Below, piece by piece: positions 1 through 4,564 of a stretch of 6,114 nt of DNA. The notes beneath the pieces were generated by a model that was not told the DNA's origin, did no database searches, and was given only the letters and a program-made list of their open reading frames with translations. Position 1 is the first letter of the stretch. Each line of letters starts with the position of its first letter. Source of the stretch: a virus; the IMG/VR virus record IMGVR_UViG_3300045988_015702, positions 1-6,114 of that record. The stretch is one strand, 5' to 3'. A program made the position numbers and the translations under genes.

Positions 1-55
1 GCACGAGAAATCAGGCGTAACGGCACAGCATAGAAATCATAATACTCCTTAATAC
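1..55. repeat. Terminal redundancy: exact 55-nt direct repeat of 6060..6114, the overlap from linearising a circular genome
   Basis: nt 1-55 (gcacgagaaatcaggcgtaacggcacagcatagaaatcataatactccttaatac) match 6060-6114 base for base. The repeat runs to the window edge, and an ORF reads through the junction in frame. Confidence 0.97.
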
Positions 56-257
56 GGGTGTAAGCAGCAGTGTTAACCGGAACAGTACGGGTAAACCAGT
101 CAGATGAAATACGATACTTAGTACCTGGAATAGCAATCTGCCAATAACAAGGAAGAATCTCACCAACTTTGGCTGTAAACAATTTTTTCGAACTCAAGTC
201 GAAAGAAGACCGATGGGTAGAAATGTTAGCTCGGTCCAAGGGATTAAAATCACTCAT
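1..257 (-). CDS. VP1: Major capsid protein VP1 (phiX174 F-like), N-terminal segment. The ATG is at 257..255 and the gene continues across the circular junction into 6059..4565
   Basis: The reverse complement of 257..1 translates without stops as MSDFNPLDRANISTHRSSFDLSSKKLFTAKVGEILPCYWQIAIPGTKYRISSDWFTRTVPVNTAAYTRIKEYYDFYAVPLRLISR. It is in frame with the track ORF 4565..6085, because 257-26 = 231 = 77 codons and position 26 equals 6085. The FDLS...F.AKVGEL.P...PG...TRT.P...A..R...YDF.AVP.RL pattern is the conserved microvirus capsid N-terminus. 46 of these 85 codons end in T by hand count. Confidence 0.9.
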   Translation of the reverse strand, partial: MSDFNPLDRANISTHRSSFDLSSKKLFTAKVGEILPCYWQIAIPGTKYRISSDWFTRTVPVNTAAYTRIKEYYDFYAVPLRLISR

Positions 258-274
258 AATTAATTAATGTTAAA

Positions 275-1954
275 TTAAACCATACGGTTGAAAATATTAT
301 TAGCATCGTTAAGTTTCTTATGCTTAATCATATCACGACAGTATGTCGAACTACGGTACCGGAGTTGCTCAAGAAGTTGAACCGTTTCACACGAAGCATT
401 CGACAAGTCATCAATCTCCTGCCCGTTCTGAGGCAACGCAAACATACAATCTGAGATATCAGGGTATTGGGCACGAAGTTTATATGCATCTCGTAAACTT
501 GCATAATTCGCTTTCTTTTCATACTCTATTCCCTTTCTAATGATAAACAAAATACGATTGGTATAAGAAGAAAGGTCAGAACCGAAGTTAGGCAAACGCC
601 AATTACGGAAGAACTTAGAGACATATAAGAACAACCGGTATAGCTTATCAAGATAAGACTCAGAATCGAAATCAACAGCAATGTAACCAAACCTAGTAAG
701 ACACCTAGAAGCATGTAATAAAATTTTGTCATCATCGGTAAGAATAGGACTAAACTTAAGATATTTATAATAAGCACGAGCAAGGCTCAAAACTGAGTCT
801 TGGTCATAGGCGATGAGTCCGAATCGCGCAATTCTCTGCGGCGCTCGGTGAACAGCGAAAAGAATTCGAGCAATCGCAACACTATCGTCATTGCGAGCAG
901 ACGAGAATCGGGGCAATAAGGTACGGATATACGACAAGGGTGGAGTTGACCGAATACTAACTCCGTTGAAGTTATAGACTCTTCCATTAACGACAGAATC
1001 GAGCTTTTGCTCAATCTGCGCATAAGGGTCTTCACCTTCCACGAAATCGCAACCTTTCTCAAAGAATCCGAGAGACGCTCTCGAGCAGGGTCTAAACGCG
1101 CGGCATGAGCGATATAATAAGGGAGCAGCACTAAGGCTGTTAACGTAACTCGAAACGTACGAAGAAGCTCCACCTCGGGCAATCTGGAAATCTGAACGAC
1201 CGAATTTCCAACTCTTATCGTGACAGTATCGTAATACTTTTGAGACTTCTTCCGAGTCTGTGAATAATAAGATATGATAATGCGGGCGGAAGTGAACAGG
1301 GCCGTACTCGCCGACAGCGTAAAAATGTAACGTTTCATAAAAACCTAATTGTTTATATAAATATTTACGTAATCTTTTAATATAATTCTGAACATCAACA
1401 TAGTTTAAAAAGGGAATAAGATTATCACGGCCGTATTGTTCAGAAGCGGGATAATCCGTTTTGTCAACCGATTGCGTCTTATAGATAAAACTACGAATAG
1501 CATCCATACTAAGAAACCAATTATCCTTAACAGGAACATATTTCTTAATCTCACGGTCAAACGGCACTGTGCCTTGCACTTGCTCGAAGAATATATGACG
1601 CAACGCGGAGTTATCATCACATCGATATTCGGAGACAGGGATATATTTATGATATTCATGACCAAAATGAATATCTCCCGAAATGCCTACAACATCCTCA
1701 TAATCACTATGCAAAACCTTACAAGACATAAGAGGGATATGCTCATTATCATAAGTAAGTGTAACAAAATAAGAATACTTGAAAGCACTTCCTGCGGTCT
1801 TCACGCGCATGGACGCCTTTTGGGCTTTCTTATGGATACAATAATCACATTGACCACAATCTACGGCAATGCGTGCACCATTATACCTATTTGTGATAAA
1901 TGAGCGATGCTGACAATGGTCAACAGTCTTAAGCAAATCGGGAGAAAATTTCAT
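275..1954 (-). CDS. VP4: Rolling-circle replication initiation protein (VP4 / phiX174 A-like, HUH endonuclease superfamily), 559 aa
   Basis: Motif I is FVTLTY (aa 63-68, nt 1751-1768). Motif II (HUH) is HYHILLF (aa 225-231, nt 1262-1282). Motif III is the double-tyrosine YVSSY (aa 266-270, nt 1145-1159), with the same Y-x3-Y spacing as phiX174 A YVAKY. An N-terminal Cys/His cluster HCQH...CGQCDYC (aa 13-39) is also present. Confidence 0.95.
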   Translation of the reverse strand: MKFSPDLLKTVDHCQHRSFITNRYNGARIAVDCGQCDYCIHKKAQKASMRVKTAGSAFKYSYFVTLTYDNEHIPLMSCKVLHSDYEDVVGISGDIHFGHEYHKYIPVSEYRCDDNSALRHIFFEQVQGTVPFDREIKKYVPVKDNWFLSMDAIRSFIYKTQSVDKTDYPASEQYGRDNLIPFLNYVDVQNYIKRLRKYLYKQLGFYETLHFYAVGEYGPVHFRPHYHILLFTDSEEVSKVLRYCHDKSWKFGRSDFQIARGGASSYVSSYVNSLSAAPLLYRSCRAFRPCSRASLGFFEKGCDFVEGEDPYAQIEQKLDSVVNGRVYNFNGVSIRSTPPLSYIRTLLPRFSSARNDDSVAIARILFAVHRAPQRIARFGLIAYDQDSVLSLARAYYKYLKFSPILTDDDKILLHASRCLTRFGYIAVDFDSESYLDKLYRLFLYVSKFFRNWRLPNFGSDLSSYTNRILFIIRKGIEYEKKANYASLRDAYKLRAQYPDISDCMFALPQNGQEIDDLSNASCETVQLLEQLRYRSSTYCRDMIKHKKLNDANNIFNRMV

Positions 1955-1956
1955 AA

Positions 1957-2265
1957 TTATTTACGTTTATCTATTACCTGACGACGATTACGCGGACAAA
2001 ATGAGACATGAATAAATGTCGGATATATAATAAGCTGGTCAAATGACGAAACATTATCAGAGAAAGAATGAATCATCCCGAGCAACTTACTAAACGAAGT
2101 AGAACCATAAGGCTTAATATCAACAGCCTCACCTACAAGATGCTGAGAATTCGGAACACCACCGCAAGCTTCATTCTGCTCAAGAGTACGCCTAGCACTA
2201 GTTACCGAAAAATGAGCATTAGAATACAACAAATATTCAAAAAAACGCATAAGAGTATAATTCAT
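1957..2265 (-). CDS. Zinc D-Ala-D-Ala-type peptidoglycan peptidase, M15 family (Peptidase_M15_3 / M15A-like), 102 aa; candidate endolysin
   Basis: The zinc-ligand pattern is NSQH42-LVGEAV-D49 ... FIH86V. It is preceded by VTSARRTLEQNEACGG, which parallels the SGYR...N..VGG block of this family. The start is an ATGA overlap with the upstream micro-ORF, and the stop lies 2 nt before the VP4 ATG. Confidence 0.85.
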   Translation of the reverse strand: MNYTLMRFFEYLLYSNAHFSVTSARRTLEQNEACGGVPNSQHLVGEAVDIKPYGSTSFSKLLGMIHSFSDNVSSFDQLIIYPTFIHVSFCPRNRRQVIDKRK

Positions 2266-2345
2266 AAGCCAATAGCATTAAGTATATAACCAAGAGCGGC
2301 AGAGACAGCGCCAATTATAATTTTCCAAATATTATTACTTTTCAT
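2262..2345 (-). CDS. 27-aa micro-ORF encoding a single predicted transmembrane helix (MKSNNIWKIIIGAVSAALGYILNAIGL); speculative holin-like or membrane partner of the peptidase
   Basis: The ATG is at 2345..2343. A polar, basic N-terminus is followed by a 19-residue hydrophobic Gly/Ala-rich stretch. The stop TGA overlaps the peptidase ATG (ATGA at 2265..2262). 16 of 27 codons end in T, matching the genome's coding signature. The ORF is very short, so chance openness cannot be excluded. Confidence 0.35.
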   Translation of the reverse strand: MKSNNIWKIIIGAVSAALGYILNAIGL

Positions 2346-2529
2346 TAGACTGAGTATTAAGTTCAACAAAATCATTCTCTTCTTTAATTGAATCCACAAT
2401 AACAATAAGACCCAACGAAGAAACTCGCTCAGAATAGCCTCCAAGACCATCGAGAGAATTAACGATATAAGGCGGAATAACATCACGACCAGTAGATTTT
2501 TCCTTAACTGAGATAATAAATTTCTGCAT
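2335..2529 (-). CDS. Hypothetical protein, 64 aa, mildly acidic; first ORF downstream of the putative promoter
   Basis: It has an ATG start and ordinary amino-acid composition. 38 of 64 codons end in T by hand count, the same bias as the recognised genes. The competing 106-aa ORF (2262..2582) is the Leu-rich +1 frame. I recognise no motif. Confidence 0.65.
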   Translation of the reverse strand: MQKFIISVKEKSTGRDVIPPYIVNSLDGLGGYSERVSSLGLIVIVDSIKEENDFVELNTQSNEK

Positions 2530-2579
2530 AATTGTAATAATTTTAAAGTGTTAATAATAGTTGTAACTTCTATACGGGG

Positions 2580-2610
2580 CAAATATACAAACTATTTTCA
2601 TAATCACAAA
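2580..2610 (-). promoter_or_regulatory. Putative Bacteroides/Bacteroidota-type promoter: -33 TTTG (2610..2607), 19-nt spacer, -7 TATATTTG (2587..2580)
   Basis: The - strand reads TTTGtgattatgaaaatagtttgTATATTTG. This matches the TTTG / TAnnTTTG consensus described for Bacteroides fragilis promoters. It sits about 50 nt upstream of the first ATG (2529), with an A8 tract just upstream (2620-2627). My eye scan found no other full two-part match. Confidence 0.5.
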
Positions 2611-2647
2611 AGAAAACTGTTTTTTTTAGATTCTACCGTAAAGTGTG

Positions 2648-2716
2648 AGTTGCGCGTTTATAGACAAGGGAATGGAGAATTCGAGAAGATAACTCGAATT
2701 TACTTCGTACGCAACT
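2648..2716. repeat. Nested inverted repeats: a 7-bp outer stem enclosing an 8-bp inner stem-loop, in the non-coding region
   Basis: The outer stem is AGTTGCG (2648-2654) pairing with CGCAACT (2710-2716). The inner stem is AATTCGAG (2678-2685) pairing with CTCGAATT (2693-2700), with a 7-nt loop aagataa. All pairs were checked base by base. Confidence 0.7.
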
Positions 2717-2766
2717 AGGGACTTCGTTTAATTAACAAGTGGATGTATACAAAGGTGTATAGACAC

Positions 2767-2788
2767 GGCAGGTCAGATAGAACCTGCC
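2767..2788. repeat. Perfect 7-bp GC-rich hairpin (GGCAGGT / ACCTGCC, 8-nt loop)
   Basis: 2767-2773 pairs with 2782-2788, and the loop is cagataga. It lies in the non-coding region. Confidence 0.7.
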
Positions 2789-2804
2789 TTTGCGCACTCT
2801 GTGC

Positions 2805-2856
2805 TAAAATACCGGAGCGGAGCGCTCCTATAAGGAAGTCGCTCCGCTCCATTTTT
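2805..2856 (-). terminator. Intrinsic-terminator-like stem-loop: perfect 11-bp GC-rich stem flanked by T-runs on both strands
   Basis: GGAGCGGAGCG (2814-2824) pairs with CGCTCCGCTCC (2840-2850), with a 15-nt loop. On the - strand the stem is followed by GGTATTTTA, and on the + strand by ATTTTT. It lies about 115 nt downstream of the VP2 stop, which ends the last gene of the apparent transcription unit. Confidence 0.4.
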
Positions 2857-2863
2857 CGAACAG

Positions 2864-2910
2864 GCCCTACGCGGGCGGCGGGTGTATATCGCTCAAACGC
2901 CGCGATGGGC
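2864..2910. repeat. Imperfect GC-rich hairpin (GCCC..CGCGG / CCGCG..GGGC), first structure downstream of VP2
   Basis: 2864-2867 pairs with 2907-2910, and 2870-2874 pairs with 2900-2904, separated by a 2x2 mismatch. An alternative register GCGGCG (2875-2880) / CGCCGC (2898-2903) also exists. Confidence 0.5.
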
Positions 2911-2966
2911 TTCTAGTCCTAAAGTATGTTATCACCTGTCGTTATAAATTGTAGTATTACGGGACC

Positions 2967-4112
2967 TTAATCTTTGCGAAAGACATTAGCACCGGGACGA
3001 AACGCACCAATGAAATTACCAGAGCCAGAAACAAGGCTACCAAGGCCACGAGAAACAGACTCCCAATAATGAGTACGGCTTCGTTTACGGGTCAGCTCAG
3101 CGCCATATTCAACGGCTTTTTGGTTTGCCATAGAAGTCTTATATTCCGCGTGCTTACGAAGTTTGACATTCTTATAATCAAAAGTGCTATCACGATACCG
3201 TAGCTCGTTAGAGGCGATAGAAGCCTTGATAAGAGAGTCAGCCGTCCCTTCGGCAATCCTGTTACTAATACGGATGCCATTCGTCTCGACAGAAGCCTTA
3301 ACAGCCTGTGCCATCTGATTTTTATACTGGGCTTCAGAGAGAGCACCTTGAGCATATAAATTAGCCAAAGTCTGTCCTTTAATAAACAAATCGGCTTGTT
3401 GTTGCTCATCAAGATACTTATTTAATATCTGCTGAGCTTTAGAGTCGAGCAAAATCTGTGACTCCTGAGCCGAAGTAAGGCGACCGGCAAACTCCATATT
3501 TTTAAGTTCTTGATATTCCTTAGACTGGTCCAATAAAGCAGAACGTCTGCCAGTAGAAGCATTCCAATAACCAGACTGGCCAACACCAATATTACGATAA
3601 TTCGTATCACCAAGAATCTGATTAATACGATAAGGAGTAAGAGCAGCATTCTGTTCGGCATTAATCATGGAAGCACGAGCTTGAGCCATAGAAGCAAGAG
3701 CAGAACCCACATCAGAAAAGTCAGGACGGAAAGCCTGCAAACTAGGCATACCAGCAGAAGAAGCAACAGCGCCGCCTGAAGCAGGGGACTTAGAACCAGC
3801 CATGGCAGCAGAACCTTGAACAAATGGATTAAGACCACGGGAAATCATCGCATTGGGAGAATTATAAGAGTTATTCATTCCCCACATTTTTTCTTGCCAA
3901 TTACGCTGAATTTGAGCCTGCTCAGCGTTAAAGGCATTATTTTCACGATTGATATCAATACTAGTCTGATTGGTCTTATTCTGAGAAGATGCGCCAATAG
4001 CATTACCGGCAAGTGAAGCACCAGCAGCAATAAGACCTCCAAGGACAAGCGGAGCAATATGTTTTTCGGAGTGCCCCATTAAGGGGCTTTCTCCAATGTC
4101 ATAAAATCTCAT
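2967..4112 (-). CDS. VP2: Minor capsid / DNA pilot protein (VP2, phiX174 H-like), 381 aa
   Basis: An N-terminal Gly/Ala-rich hydrophobic segment (APLVLGGLIAAGASLAGNAIGA) is present. The conserved block NAFNAEQAQIQRNWQEKMWGMNNSYNSPNAMISRGLNPF is typical of microvirus VP2. A Gln/Ala/Lys-rich, probably coiled-coil, C-terminal half follows. The start overlaps the upstream stop as ATGA (4112..4109). Confidence 0.9.
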   Translation of the reverse strand: MRFYDIGESPLMGHSEKHIAPLVLGGLIAAGASLAGNAIGASSQNKTNQTSIDINRENNAFNAEQAQIQRNWQEKMWGMNNSYNSPNAMISRGLNPFVQGSAAMAGSKSPASGGAVASSAGMPSLQAFRPDFSDVGSALASMAQARASMINAEQNAALTPYRINQILGDTNYRNIGVGQSGYWNASTGRRSALLDQSKEYQELKNMEFAGRLTSAQESQILLDSKAQQILNKYLDEQQQADLFIKGQTLANLYAQGALSEAQYKNQMAQAVKASVETNGIRISNRIAEGTADSLIKASIASNELRYRDSTFDYKNVKLRKHAEYKTSMANQKAVEYGAELTRKRSRTHYWESVSRGLGSLVSGSGNFIGAFRPGANVFRKD

Positions 4113-4552
4113 TGAGCAGTAGCGTCAGGGGCGGACGTAGGAGCGGGCGCTGACTGTTTCTCTGCCAATATAGCTTCTGCATATTTAGTAAGCTCAGACT
4201 TCTCACCAGCCAACTGTTGAAGAACAGCCTGACGTTCTGACATAGATTGACAATGACGAGAGATAACACAGTTGAATCGCTCTTCGTCAGTCATACCATC
4301 CATTACAGTAGACGCAGTAGGATGCATCTGGGAAAGTATATTCTGTACATTCATGTCACCGAGGAGCCGACGGTATTTTTCTTGATTCAACAAAATCTGA
4401 GTCATATCAACTTGAATTAAATCACCATCAGGAGATTCGTCATACATAACCGCATCATATACAGATTGTTGATAACACGGATGACCCTCAACCAATTCAG
4501 GAACAACTTCATTTTTAATATAATCAGAATTTTTATAAGCAAAATTTCTCAT
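4109..4552 (-). CDS. Hypothetical acidic protein, 147 aa from the ATG at 4552; positional and size candidate for an internal scaffolding (VP3-like) protein
   Basis: The open frame lies between VP1 and VP2 with strong T-ending codons (12 of the first 17). It is acidic and has a Pro/Ala/Thr-rich tail APAPTSAPDATAQ. The track start at 4564 is a TTG; the first ATG (MRNFAYKN...) at 4552 is more plausible. The functional label is inferred from position, size and charge only. Confidence 0.7.
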   Translation of the reverse strand: MRNFAYKNSDYIKNEVVPELVEGHPCYQQSVYDAVMYDESPDGDLIQVDMTQILLNQEKYRRLLGDMNVQNILSQMHPTASTVMDGMTDEERFNCVISRHCQSMSERQAVLQQLAGEKSELTKYAEAILAEKQSAPAPTSAPDATAQ

Positions 4553-4564
4553 AACAACACACAA

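Noticed and set aside
2346-2582. The upstream two-thirds of the 106-aa ORF 2262..2582. It has a TTG start and a Leu-rich sequence, and it overlaps the 64-aa ORF.
   Set aside because: It is the +1 frame of the 64-aa ORF, starts at a TTG inside the putative 5' leader or promoter region, and shows the artefactual Leu-rich composition. Only its last 27 codons (2262..2345), which lie mostly beyond the 64-aa ORF stop, are kept as a candidate.
2648-2716. Possible tRNA: a 7-bp 'acceptor-like' outer stem, an internal stem with a 7-nt loop, and a 69-nt span.
   Set aside because: On either strand there is no D-arm or T-arm (no GTTCRA-type loop). The inner stem is 8 bp rather than 5 bp. On the + strand the loop lacks the U33/purine-37 pattern, and the arms are asymmetrically placed (23 nt against 9 nt). 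It is not a cloverleaf.
2727-2745. A - strand sequence CCACTTGTTAATTAAAC that resembles the phiX174 origin core CAACTTG/ATATTAATAAC.
   Set aside because: The similarity is limited to ACTTG plus an AT-rich tract. TTAATTAA also occurs at the VP4/VP1 junction. The phiX174 origin lies inside gene A, and Rep specificities differ between subfamilies. This is too weak to call a nick site.
2741-2888. Repeated motif GGTGTATA (2754-2761 and 2881-2888) plus GGATGTATA (2741-2749), considered as possible Rep iterons.
   Set aside because: About one repeated 8-mer is expected by chance within a region of roughly 384 nt. There is no regular spacing, so the pattern is not distinguishable from noise without comparative data.
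2743-2916. A 57-aa, very Arg/Lys-rich ORF on the + strand spanning the GC-rich hairpins (MYTKVYRHGRSDRTCLCALCAKIPERSAPIRKSLRSIF...). It is superficially like the basic J/VP5 DNA-packaging peptides.
   Set aside because: It is on the wrong strand relative to every other gene. Only 13 of 57 codons end in T, against about 55-60% in the real genes. It runs straight through the terminator-like stem and T-run. GC-rich palindromic DNA naturally yields stop-free, Arg-rich frames.
4553-4564. The track start codons at 4564 (TTG; MCVV...) and 6085 (GTG), which the track shows as Met.
   Set aside because: 4564 directly abuts the VP1 stop, and an ATG follows 4 codons later (4552). 6085 is internal to the capsid ORF, which continues across the circular junction to the ATG at 257.
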